Shown: one piece after another, positions 26,070 to 36,012 of the stretch | How the letters are laid out: each line of letters opens with the position of its first letter | Position numbering within the stretch: the first letter of the stretch is position 1 | Assembly: GCA_963708135.1 (NCBI GenBank) | Contig: OY970192.1 | Span: 1,824,001-1,888,000, forward strand | Length of the DNA: 64,000 nt | Reading direction: 5' to 3' | Source of the DNA: an uncultured Gemmatimonadales bacterium | GTDB taxonomy: Bacteria; Gemmatimonadota; Gemmatimonadetes; Longimicrobiales; RSA9 | Notes under the pieces: generated by a model | What the model saw: the letters and a program-made list of their open reading frames with translations, nothing else | Told to the model about the DNA's origin: nothing | Database searches by the model: none | Position numbers and translations under genes: made by a program

Positions 26070-28706
26070 ATGATGCGCCACGCCTGCCGCCGGGTGCTCC
26101 TCCTCCTGCTCTCGAGCAGCATGTCCCTGGCCGCCCAGACCCCATCCTCCCCCCGCGTCCGCCTCTCGCTGAACGAAGGGTGGCGCTTCTTCGCGGGCGA
26201 CGTCGCCGGCGCGGACGCCCCGGCCTTCGACGATGCCGCCTGGGCTCGCGTGGACCTGCCCCACACCTGGAACGCGAGCGACGCCCTGCGCAAGGAGCCG
26301 GAGTACCGCCGGGGCGCCGGCTGGTACCGGCGTCGCCTGGAGGTCACGCCGGCGATGACGGGCAAGCGCCTGTTCCTCTACTTCGAGGGCGCGAACCAGG
26401 TCGCGGACGTGTGGGTGAACGGGAAGTCCGCCGGGCGACACGTGGGCGGATACACGGCCTTCGCCATGGACGTGACGGACCTCGTCGTCCCCGGCACGAA
26501 CGTCGTGGCGGTTCGCGTGGACAACTCCTTCGACCCGGACATCCCGCCGCTCAGCGCCGACTTCACCTTCTACGGCGGCCTCTACCGCAACGTCTGGCTG
26601 CTGGCGACGGATCCCCTTCACGTCACCGTCCTCGACCACGCGTCGCCGGGCGTCTTCGGCGACGTGCCGGCCCTGGCGTCCGGGCGCGCGGCGGTGCGCG
26701 TGCGCGGCACCATTGCGAACGACGGCGCGGCGAAGCGCACCGCCCGCGTGGTCACGCGCGTCGTGGACGGCGACGGCGGCGAGGTGGCGACGGCGTCCTT
26801 CGACGTCCCCGTCGGCCCCCGTGCGACGGCGGCCTTCCAGCGGACGCTGCCGCCGATCACGGCGCCCAGGCTGTGGTCGCCGGACGAGCCCAACCTGTAC
26901 ACGCTGCGCACGGAGGTCCTCGACGGTGCCCGCCTGGCCGACCGCGTGGACGCGCCGCTCGGGCTGCGCTGGTACGCGTGGGATGCGCAGAAGGGCTTCT
27001 CCCTCAACGGCAAGCCCTACCAGCTGCATGGCACGAACCGGCACCAGGACGTGCGCGGGCTGGGGAACGCGCTGCCGGACGCGCTGCAGCGCCGCGACGT
27101 CGCCCTGGTGAAGTCCACCGGCTTCGACTTCCTGCGCCTCGCCCACTACCCGCAGGCGCCCGCGGTGCTGGACGAGGCCGACCGGACCGGCGTCGCGCTC
27201 TGGGAGGAGATCCCGGTCGTCAACACGATCACCATGTCGGAGGCGTTCGCCGCCAACGCCGAGCGCATGGTGACCGAGATGGTGAAGCAGCACTACGACC
27301 ACCCGTCGGTGCTGTTCTGGGGCTACATGAACGAGATCATGCTCGTGCCCCCGAAGCCGATGCCGGCCGGGTACGTGGACGCCGTCGTCGCACTGGCGAA
27401 GCGGCTGAACGCGCGCGTGAAGGCGGAGGACACCACGCGCCCGACCGTCATGGCCGTGTTCGGGCACGACACCACTTCCGCGCTACACGCGGTGCCGGAC
27501 ATCCTCGGGCTGAACCTGTACTTCGGCTGGTATTACGGGGCGCTGCCGGACTTCGGCGCGTACGTGGACTCGCTGCACGCCGCCTACCCCGGCAAGCCGC
27601 TCATGATCAGCGAGTACGGCGCGGGCGACGACGAGCGCATCCACGCGGCGTCGCCCCGGCGGCTGGACTTCTCGACCGAGTACGAGCAACGCTACCACGA
27701 GGGGACGTTCCCCCAGGTCCTCGCCCGGCCGTGGCTGCTCGGCAGCGCGCTCTGGAACCAGTTCGACTTCGGCTCCTGGAACCGCAACGACGTGCAGCCA
27801 ATGGTCAACGACAAGGGACTCTTCTACTTCGATCGCCGGCCCAAGGATGTGGCCTACTACTACATGGCCCGCCTGCGACGCGACCCCGTCCTGCACATCG
27901 CCGTCCGCGACTGGCCGGCGCGCGCCGGCAGCACGCCCGCGGACCGGACGACCGAGGTGGTCGTGTACAGCAACGCGTCTTCCGCATCACTCGCGTTGGA
28001 TGGGACGGCGCTGGGCGAGCGGCCGGTCCAGAACGGCCGCGCTTCCTGGGAGGTGATCCTGCACGACGGCGAGAACCGGCTGGAGGCGCGTGCGAGCTTC
28101 CAGGGGCGGGAGCTCACGGACGCGGCGGTGGTGCGCTACCGGGATCGGAGCACCCTGTTCGCCAGGCCTGATGTTTCCCCCGCGACGGCGCCTGCTGCCG
28201 CCCCGTCGGCGCCGGGCACGGCGTTCCGCTTCCCGCCCGCCGCCGAGATCGCCGTCAACGTGGGCGCCACCTGGCAGTTCATCGACCGCGCCGGCGTCAC
28301 CTGGGAGCCGGATCGCGCATACACGCCCGGGAGTTGGGGCTGGGTCGGCGGCGGCGCCCCCGCCTCAACTAACCACCGCATCTACGACACGGCCGACGAT
28401 CCGCTCCTGCAGACCGCCCGCGAGGGCGCCGCCGCCTGGCGCTTCGACGTGCCCGACGGTCGCTACGAGGTCGAGCTGCGCTTCGTCGAGACGCTGCACG
28501 ACAACCCCGGGGAGCGCGTCTTCGACGTGGACGTGAACGGCCTCACTCTGGCCGAGAGGCTGGACCTCGCCGCGGTGCCCGGCCGCTGGCACGCGCGCAC
28601 GGTGGTGGTGGAGGTGGACGCCGCGGACGGGCACGGAATCGTGGCGAAGCTGAGCGCGCGGGCGGGGACGACGACCATCAGCGCGATCCGGGTGACGCGC
28701 CGCTGA
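26070..28706 (+). CDS. Secreted GH2 beta-galactosidase/glucuronidase with a C-terminal malectin-like domain
   Basis: LPHTWN, YFEGAN, GTNRHQD, RLAHYP, MNE acid/base, ISEYGA nucleophile, RVFDVDVNG. Confidence 0.92.
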   Translation: MMRHACRRVLLLLLSSSMSLAAQTPSSPRVRLSLNEGWRFFAGDVAGADAPAFDDAAWARVDLPHTWNASDALRKEPEYRRGAGWYRRRLEVTPAMTGKRLFLYFEGANQVADVWVNGKSAGRHVGGYTAFAMDVTDLVVPGTNVVAVRVDNSFDPDIPPLSADFTFYGGLYRNVWLLATDPLHVTVLDHASPGVFGDVPALASGRAAVRVRGTIANDGAAKRTARVVTRVVDGDGGEVATASFDVPVGPRATAAFQRTLPPITAPRLWSPDEPNLYTLRTEVLDGARLADRVDAPLGLRWYAWDAQKGFSLNGKPYQLHGTNRHQDVRGLGNALPDALQRRDVALVKSTGFDFLRLAHYPQAPAVLDEADRTGVALWEEIPVVNTITMSEAFAANAERMVTEMVKQHYDHPSVLFWGYMNEIMLVPPKPMPAGYVDAVVALAKRLNARVKAEDTTRPTVMAVFGHDTTSALHAVPDILGLNLYFGWYYGALPDFGAYVDSLHAAYPGKPLMISEYGAGDDERIHAASPRRLDFSTEYEQRYHEGTFPQVLARPWLLGSALWNQFDFGSWNRNDVQPMVNDKGLFYFDRRPKDVAYYYMARLRRDPVLHIAVRDWPARAGSTPADRTTEVVVYSNASSASLALDGTALGERPVQNGRASWEVILHDGENRLEARASFQGRELTDAAVVRYRDRSTLFARPDVSPATAPAAAPSAPGTAFRFPPAAEIAVNVGATWQFIDRAGVTWEPDRAYTPGSWGWVGGGAPASTNHRIYDTADDPLLQTAREGAAAWRFDVPDGRYEVELRFVETLHDNPGERVFDVDVNGLTLAERLDLAAVPGRWHARTVVVEVDAADGHGIVAKLSARAGTTTISAIRVTRR

Positions 28707-30203
28707 TCGTGGGCGGGCCAGCGGAGGGCCGCAGCGGGAGAGCCGGCCCCCCGCTCCCCCCTGCCGGGCACCGGTGCCGGTCGGTCGCCGGTCCGCCGCG
28801 GCGATCCAGCTGCCGCGCCAGCTGCGGGTTGGGCAATCCGGACGTGCCGTCGATCCTCGCCGGCAGCTCCTTGACGGGCCGTCCGAGCAGCCGATAGCCG
28901 CCGTAGAAATCGTTCGTGTACACCGTCCGCGGCCAGGGGCGGGAGCGGATGCGCGCGGCCTCCACGCGCCACGCGCGCGCCGCGTACCCCCGACCCTCCC
29001 GATGGGTCGCGAGCGCCTCGCGCGCGCCGGCCGCCGCGCGCAGGCCGAAGAGGGCGACACACGCGCCCAGCGCCAGCGCGAGACCCGGCAGCGGCGGCGT
29101 TCCGCGGACGCCGCCCATCCGGCGGCGGCGACCCCGACGAGCAGGTACAGCCCCGGCAGCAGCGGCGAGAGAAGGCGCGCATCCATCGGCGTGGCTGCGT
29201 CCACCACCGAGATGGATACCACCAGGAAGAGCAGGTACGCTGCCCCGAACGCGGTCCAGATCGCCAGCTCACCCCGGTCGCAGGAGCGCCAGCGGCGGCG
29301 CACGCCCACGATCAGCCATGCGGCCACGAGGGCGCAGACGGCGGCCATGAGCAGGTGCGGGGACGGATCGGGGACGAGCCAGAACGCCACGGTGCGCATC
29401 CCTTCCAGCACCTGCGTCGCGCCCAGCGGATGCCACGCCAGCGTCCGGTTCGTGGCGCTGCCGCCCGCCAGCCGATTCCGCGCGAGCCAGAGCGCGAGCG
29501 GGAGCGCGCTCACCACCGTCCAGGTGAGCGCCTCGCCCAGGCGCCGTCGCCACGGCCACCCCGGCCGCAGCAGCAGGACCGCTCCCCCGACGCCGATCAC
29601 GACCACGCCCGCGTACCTGAGCAGCACGCCCGCCGCCGCGAAGGCCGCGCCTGCAAGCAATGCCTTGCGATTGCCGTTCGCGGCTAGCCGCAGGAAGTAC
29701 AGGGCCCACACCAGCACCAGCAACGCGGGCACATCCGTCCAGGCGCGTGTGCTGAGCGCGAGCGCCGGACCGCCGAACGCGAGCAACCCGGCTGAGATCA
29801 GCCCCGCCAGCCGTGAGCGGGCCGTGCGCAGCGCCACCCACCCAACGGACCCCACCAGGGCCGCGAACGCCACGATCGCCAGGCAGCGCGCGCCTGCCTC
29901 CACCGGCAGGCTCAGCATCAGCAAGGCGGCGAGCAGGGACGAATAGAGCGGCGGGAAGTGCGTCACCGGCGCAGGAACACCGTTCGGCGCGATCGCGATG
30001 AAGCCGTTACCGCCAGCGAGGTGCCTGGCAGCGTCGAGATAGATGATGCTGTCGGGCGTGAGGCCGATCCCGGAGGACGTCACGAATAGCGCGGCCAGCG
30101 CGGCCAGAATCACAAGCGCGAACAACGCGGCGTAGTAACTCCGGTCGGCGCGTGCCGCGGCGACGTGATCGCCCCCCGGATGAGGGGGGGACAGGGTAGG
30201 CAC
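28678..30203 (-). CDS. Polytopic membrane protein (GT-C/ArnT-like), frameshift near 29100
   Basis: LTPDSIIYLDAA, HFPPLYS, LLRYAG, many TM segments; C-terminus in a second frame. Confidence 0.6.
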
Positions 30204-30468
30204 GATGTCCTCGGGGCAGGGCTGGATCGCGCACGGCCGTAAAGCCGAGTACGAAGAGGTCCGGGCGTGTGCCGTCCGGGTCCTTAGCAATTTCGCGCTA
30301 CCGGCTTCGCACCGTCAACGGTTCAGTGGATGGAAGGCCCGCCGACAAGGCCATGGCATGCCGCTCCCCGGAGCCTGCGGCACCACCGTCCCCGCCACAC
30401 GGCCGTCCTCGAGGATCCGGACGCAGAACCCACAAGACGGGGACGCGGGTGAGACGGAGTCGAGCGCC

Positions 30469-30509
30469 GGAAAACGAACGCGCCCGGCGATCCGAAGATC
30501 ACCGGGCGC
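30469..30509 (-). terminator. Hairpin downstream of ssrA
   Basis: GCGCCCGG-CGATC-CGAA-GATCA-CCGGGCGC followed by GTTCGTTTT on the minus strand. Confidence 0.65.
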
Positions 30510-30514
30510 TTCAA

Positions 30515-30879
30515 TGGAGCCGGCGGGAGTCGAACCCGCGTCCGCGAATCGATCCCTCAGTGCATCTACGTGCGTAGTCCACCGTTCTCAGTTTCTCGCT
30601 CCCTCATCGGCCGGTGGACGGCCCCGTCGGGAACCAGCCTCGCTGTGTCTCATCCGGCCGCGGCAAGGCGGCACGACCGGACCAGCCCGATTTGTCGATG
30701 CCTCTGGTCACGCCTCGGGCCCGGCCCGTCCAGAGACAGGTTGCGAAAGGTCAGACCTTACGCAGCCAGCGCCATGTTTGAGTTGGCACTTGTGATGTTT
30801 TCCCGCTGGTTTTACGAGGGCACGGGTCCTCGGCACGCGACACCGACTTCACGAAACACGTCGAAACCAGGTCGGCCCC
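30515..30879 (-). ncRNA. ssrA: tmRNA; tag reading frame ANSNMALAA* at 30787-30758; CCA not encoded
   Basis: 5' GGGGCCGACCTGGTTTCGAC, 3' GCGGGTTCGACTCCCGCCGGCTCCA, alanine G3:U pair, tag ending in LAA. Confidence 0.97.
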
Positions 30880-30889
30880 TACACCCGAT

Positions 30890-30918
30890 ATTCTAGCGGA
30901 ATTCGCCCCCCGCGTCAA
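30890..30918 (-). promoter_or_regulatory. ssrA sigma70 promoter
   Basis: TTGACG-N17-TAGAAT about 10 nt upstream of the mature 5' end. Confidence 0.85.
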
Positions 30919-32476
30919 CCTCGAGCGGTCCCTGCGACGCTGACCCTGTTGCGGCCGGATCTCTTTGACTCGTAAAGCATTGCGTCCGCGCTCTGGACCA
31001 GGTCGGCGGGGCCGGGGACGGACTCCGGGCACGCCGAAACACCGAAGGATGCGCTCACCGGCACCCTCCTGCCCGACCATGCCACCTCCATCCGCTCGAT
31101 CCGCACCCGCAGCCGCTCCGCGAGCTCCCTCGCGGCCTCGGCGCCCGTCTCCGGCAGCAGCACGACGAACTCCTCGCCGCCGAAACGGGCGGCGTGGTCC
31201 GTCTCGCGCAGCGAATCGGAGAGCACGCCGGCGAGCGCGCGCAGCACGGCGTCGCCTGCTTCGTGGCCGTGCGTGTCGTTGACGCGCTTGAAGTGGTCGA
31301 TGTCCAGCATGAGCAGCGCGAGCGGCCGCTCGTAGCGGTCGAACCGGGCCGCCTCCTGCGCCAGCCGGGTCTCGAACGCGCGCCGGTTGTAGAGGCCGGT
31401 GAGGGCGTCGCGGCGCACGTCCTCCTGGAGCGCGCCGAACGCTTCCGCGTGCCGGAGCTGGAGCGCCGCGTAGGGGGCCACGGCCTCCACCGCCGCCACT
31501 GCCTCCGGCTCCAGCCGCTGCGCGACCGTCGTCCACACCGCGATCACACCGATCACGTTCTCGCCGCCCTCGACCAGCGGGATGGCCGCCGCGGCGCGCG
31601 GCTCGACCTTCCACCGCTCGCCCGGGGCGCCGATCGGGAGGCGATGCGGCGCGTCGCGGCGCCGCTCGCGCCGGATCGGCGCCTTCTGGTGTGCCGCGAC
31701 CCCGGTCTCCGACTCCTGCGCGCCGAAGGTGGCGCCCGCCTTCGGCCCGCCATCCTCGCCGACCACCGCCAGGATCCGGCCGTGCTCTCCGTGCCAGGCG
31801 CAGACCGCCGCGCCCGTGGCGTCCGCGAGCGTGCGGGCGGATTCGGCCAGCTCGCCCGCGAACGCGCCGAGCTGGATCTCCTGCGGCAGGCGCCGCAGCA
31901 CCTGGACGATCTCCCTCGAGCGTAGCCGCCCCGCATCCGCGGCCCGGTCGCGCAACTCCGCGCGCGTGAAGGCGCGGATATACCTGCCCCAGCGCTCCAG
32001 GACCTCCAGCGAGGGGATGTCGGCCGACCGGGTGTAGTCCAGGGTCAGCAGCGCATAGGCGCTTCCCGCGTGCTCGAGGGGCACGATCGCGGCCGCGGCG
32101 GCATCCGCCGTGGCCCAGGCTGGCGCGGACTCCAGCCGCAGCGGCGTACCCTCCTGCCACGCCCACTGCATCGCCTCGCCGGCCAGCCCGAGGCGCGCGC
32201 CACGCTCCCCCCCGCGGCGAGCACCGGCGCCGCGACGCCTTCCTCGGGAAGCGCGTCCCAGAGCACGGCGCGCCGCGCGCCCGTGACGGCGCGGACCTCC
32301 TCGAGCGCCTGCCGCAGCTCCTCGCCGGGCTCGACGGGCGCCGGAAACGGCTCCGGCGCCGTCCCTCCACGCGCGCCTGCCTGCCCGCCGCCACGCCGTG
32401 GGTGCGTCTGCCGCCGGCGCTGCAGCAGCATCCCGAGCGCCAGGCCGCCGGTTACGGCGGCCAGCACGCCGATCAT
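30915..32476 (-). CDS. GAF/GGDEF diguanylate cyclase (frameshift near 32175)
   Basis: DALTGLYNRR, DIDHFKRVND, RFGGEEF; N-terminal part in another frame. Confidence 0.88.
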
Positions 32477-33276
32477 GTCGGTCGGGGGGCCCGCTGGATG
32501 ATGCGGTGGGCGGCGCACGCCGCGCCGAAGCCGTTGTCGATGTTCACCACCGTCACGCCGGAGGCGCAGCTGGTCAGCATGCCGAGAAGCGCGGCCAGGC
32601 CGCCGAACGCCGCGCCGTAACCCACGCTCGTCGGCACCGCGATGACGGGAACGCCGACCAGCCCGCCGACCACCGAGGCGAGGGCGCCCTCCATCCCGGC
32701 CACCACGATGATCACCGAGGCACGCTGGAGGGCGTCCGACTCCTGGAGCAGCCGGTGGATCCCCGCGACCCCGACGTCGTAGAGCCGCTCGATCCGGCTG
32801 CCGAGGGCGCGCGCGGTGACGGCCGCTTCCTCCGCCACCGGGAGGTCACCCGTTCCGGCGCTCACGACGAGGATCGTCCCCGGCCCGGCGGTCCCCTCCC
32901 CCGCCCCCTCGCCCACCAGCCAGACCGTCCGCGCCAGCGCGTTCTCCTCCGCCGCCGGGTGCGCATCGCGCAGCGCGGCCCGCGTCTCCGCGGAGGCCCG
33001 CGTCACCAGGAAGCCACCGGTCCGCTCACGGAGACGCGCCGCGATGCGCACCACCTGGTCGGCAGTCTTGCCCTCGGCGAGGACCACCTCCGGGTACCCG
33101 TGCCGGAGCGCCCGATGATGGTCGAGGCGCGCGATCTCTACCCCCCCGGAGCCGTCGTCCGCCTCCGAGGCGACGGCTTCCACCGGCAGCCAGGCCAGCC
33201 GCTCGAGCGCCGCATCCGGCGTGCGCCGCCCCTCCGCCACCTCCCGCAGCAGCTCGAGCAGCCGCTCGCGCGTCAT
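32473..33276 (-). CDS. larB: Nickel-pincer cofactor protein LarB (PurE-like)
   Basis: RLDHHRALRHGYPEV, VAGMEGAL, PTSVGYGA, VNIDNGFGAA. Confidence 0.9.
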   Translation of the reverse strand: MTRERLLELLREVAEGRRTPDAALERLAWLPVEAVASEADDGSGGVEIARLDHHRALRHGYPEVVLAEGKTADQVVRIAARLRERTGGFLVTRASAETRAALRDAHPAAEENALARTVWLVGEGAGEGTAGPGTILVVSAGTGDLPVAEEAAVTARALGSRIERLYDVGVAGIHRLLQESDALQRASVIIVVAGMEGALASVVGGLVGVPVIAVPTSVGYGAAFGGLAALLGMLTSCASGVTVVNIDNGFGAACAAHRIIQRAPRPT

Positions 33277-34268
33277 GCCGCCACCAGCGAGGCGCGTTCC
33301 AGGTACCCCTCCAGCAGCGACGCGGCCTCCGCCAGCCGCCGCACCCCGAACAGCTCCTGCCGCAGCGTACGCCCGTCCGGAAGCCCCTTCGTGTACCAGC
33401 CCAGGTGCTTCCGGAACTCGAGCATGGCCCGCTCCTCGTCGCGCTCGAACGCGATGGCGTTCCGCGCGTGCTCCAGCACCACCCTGAACCGCTCCGCCAC
33501 CTCCGGCTCCGCGGGAATGACGTCGCCGTCCAGTGCCGCCCGCGCCTCCGCGAACACCCACGGCCGGCCGTGCGAGCCACGCGCGATCATGATCCCGGCG
33601 CACCCCGTCTCCGCGCGCATCCGTCGCGCGTCCTCGCCCGTCCACACGTCGCCGTTCCCGACCACGGGGATGTCCAGTGCCTGCACCACCGCCGCGATCT
33701 CCGCCCAGTCTGCCACCCCCGAGTACATCTGCGTCCGGCTGCGCGCGTGCAGCGTGAGCACCTGCGCCCCCGCATCCTGGCAGCGCAGCGCGATCTCCAC
33801 CGGGTTGCGCTGCTCCTCGCTCCAGCCGCTGCGGATCTTCACCGTCGTCGCCAGCGCCGTGGCCCCGTCCACGGCGCGGATGATGCGCCCCACCAGCGGC
33901 AGGTCGCGCAGGCAGCCCGAGCCACCGTTCCGCTTCACCACCTTCTTCACGGGACAGCCGAAGTTGATGTCGATGAAGTCCGGCGCGTAGACCTCCGCCA
34001 CGAGCGCCGCCGCCTCGCCCATCGCCGCCGGGTCGGACCCGAAGATCTGCACCCCGATCGGCCGCTCCGGCTCCTCGAAGCGCAGGTACTCGTGCGTCCT
34101 CTCGCTGCCGCGACGGATCCCTTCCGCGCTCACGAACTCGCTCACCACGACGTCCGCGCCGAAGCTCCGGCAGAGCCGCCGGAAGGGCGACTCGCTCACC
34201 CCCGCCTGCGGGGCCAGGAAGAGCGGGATACGCCCGTTCGAGAGCCTGTTCCAGAGGTCGTTGGACAT
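33273..34268 (-). CDS. dusB: tRNA-dihydrouridine synthase B
   Basis: DINFGCP, VKIRSGW, GNGDV. Confidence 0.95.
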   Translation of the reverse strand: MSNDLWNRLSNGRIPLFLAPQAGVSESPFRRLCRSFGADVVVSEFVSAEGIRRGSERTHEYLRFEEPERPIGVQIFGSDPAAMGEAAALVAEVYAPDFIDINFGCPVKKVVKRNGGSGCLRDLPLVGRIIRAVDGATALATTVKIRSGWSEEQRNPVEIALRCQDAGAQVLTLHARSRTQMYSGVADWAEIAAVVQALDIPVVGNGDVWTGEDARRMRAETGCAGIMIARGSHGRPWVFAEARAALDGDVIPAEPEVAERFRVVLEHARNAIAFERDEERAMLEFRKHLGWYTKGLPDGRTLRQELFGVRRLAEAASLLEGYLERASLVAA

Positions 34269-34405
34269 GTCCGCAATTTAACCGTTTCCAGGGGCTCGAT
34301 CAATCGAACGACGGCGCATCCGGGCCGTTTTGACACGCCATCCACACCCCGGTTATCTTCTTTTCTCCCGCCGCTCGGCGGGGCAACGGGAAACCGGAGG
34401 CATGA

Positions 34406-34858
34406 ATGGAATTGCGGGAGTTTTTCAATAGAGACGTCGTCCGGCTCGAGCTCGGGGGCGGCAGCAAGGACGAGATCCTGAAGGAGCTCATCGCCCTGCT
34501 CGCCCTCGACGAGAAGAGCGAGGGCATCCTCTTCAAGATGCTGAAGCGTCGCGAGAACCTCGGCTCCACCGGGATCGGCCGCGGGATCGCCATCCCCCAC
34601 TGCCGCTCGCTCGTGGTCAACCGGCTGCGCGTGGCCTTCGGCCGCAAGCCGGAAGGCGTCGAGTTCAAGGCCATCGACGGGCAGCCGGTCCGCAACTTCT
34701 TCCTCATCGTCGCGCCGCCGCTCGAGGTCAGCAACCAGTACCTGCCCGTCCTGGGCAAGATCGCCCAGTTCGCCAAGGAGCCGGAAGTCGCCGGCCGCCT
34801 CGAAGAGCTCAGGACGGCCGACGAGTTCCTCGAGCTGCTCGAGCAGAAGGCGAGCTGA
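34406..34858 (+). CDS. PTS IIA (Ntr/fructose-type)
   Basis: RENLGSTGIGRGIAIPH. Confidence 0.93.
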   Translation: MELREFFNRDVVRLELGGGSKDEILKELIALLALDEKSEGILFKMLKRRENLGSTGIGRGIAIPHCRSLVVNRLRVAFGRKPEGVEFKAIDGQPVRNFFLIVAPPLEVSNQYLPVLGKIAQFAKEPEVAGRLEELRTADEFLELLEQKAS

Positions 34859-34867
34859 GGAGAGGCA

Positions 34868-35227
34868 ATGCATCCCCAGCTCGAGATCCTGCTTCAGATC
34901 CAGGACCTGAAGGCGCAGAAGCGTGAGCTCCTCGATGCCGACGCCGTCCGCCAGGTCGAGGAGGAGCAGTTCAACGTCGACATCGATGCCGCCGTCGAGC
35001 AGCTCGATGCCAAGATCGCCGAGATGAAGGACGCCCTCGAGCCCGGCGTCCGCAGCCGCTTCGAGCGCATCGCCCAGGGCCGCGGCCGTCCCGTCGTCCC
35101 CGTCGTCAAGGGCACGTGCTATGGCTGCTTCACCTCCGTCGCCACCGCCCGTGCCACCGGCGGCCGGCTCAACCAGACCCTCCAGGCCTGCGAGAACTGC
35201 GGCCGCTTCCTCTACGTCGTTGACTAG
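34868..35227 (+). CDS. C4 zinc-ribbon coiled-coil protein
   Basis: CYGC...CENC. Confidence 0.8.
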   Translation: MHPQLEILLQIQDLKAQKRELLDADAVRQVEEEQFNVDIDAAVEQLDAKIAEMKDALEPGVRSRFERIAQGRGRPVVPVVKGTCYGCFTSVATARATGGRLNQTLQACENCGRFLYVVD

Positions 35228-35307
35228 CGTCGTCAGTCCGACGTGCCGTGCGCACCAGGAGCGGCGCCGCGCCCGTGCTGGCCCTTGAACTCCGACATCT
35301 GGCCCCT

Positions 35308-35347
35308 GAAAAGAATCGCCGGACCCCTGCACGGGGCCCGGCGATTC
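35308..35347. terminator. Hairpin between convergent genes
   Basis: GAATCGCCGG...CCGGCGATTC with flanking AAAA. Confidence 0.65.
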
Positions 35348-35392
35348 ATCTGTGGCTCTTCGGACGCAGCGAGGATCTCTAGGCTCTCTCTC

Positions 35393-35842
35393 CTATTTGC
35401 CGACCAGGATCTTGATGACCCTGCTCGTGCCGTTCACGGTCAACTGCAGGTAGTAGACTCCCGATGCGACCTTGTTGCCATTCCTGTCGAAACCATCCCA
35501 CCTAGCTTCCTTGTGGCCCGGCATCGTGTACGGCAGGTTCTCCACCTTCGGTCCGTTCCCCCCGGGATAATCGAGGGCCACCGGAATCGCAACGAGCTGC
35601 TGCAGCACGTTGAAGATCCGGATCGTCACCACGACTGGCTTCCCGTCGGTGAACAGACCCTCGCCCAGATCGAACGGGATCGTCGTGACGGGATTGAAGG
35701 GGTTCGGATAGTTCTGCTCGAGCCTGAAGCCTTGCCCTGCACCGCTCGTTCCTCCAGGCTGCTGCGCGTGCAGCCGCCCTGGCAGAAACGCGAGTGCAAG
35801 GAGGAGGATGACTCCGACGCAACTACCGCGTCTCATGGTCAC
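35393..35842 (-). CDS. Secreted FlgD-Ig / sorting-domain-like protein
   Basis: LEQNYPNPFNPVTTI, WDG...VASGVYY. Confidence 0.85.
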   Translation of the reverse strand: MTMRRGSCVGVILLLALAFLPGRLHAQQPGGTSGAGQGFRLEQNYPNPFNPVTTIPFDLGEGLFTDGKPVVVTIRIFNVLQQLVAIPVALDYPGGNGPKVENLPYTMPGHKEARWDGFDRNGNKVASGVYYLQLTVNGTSRVIKILVGK

Positions 35843-36012
35843 CTCCGCACAGAATCTGTGCCGTAGCTAAGGGTGCGATTGCCCTCCCGTTCGGTGGTGG
35901 TTTTGGCCGCTCTGCGGCCCCTGTTCCATGCACGATCATGATACGGATTGACCTCTGCGGCGTCAAGGCTTTGTTTCCGACGGGGATAGCCCCCCTCACC
36001 TGACCCGTCGTC

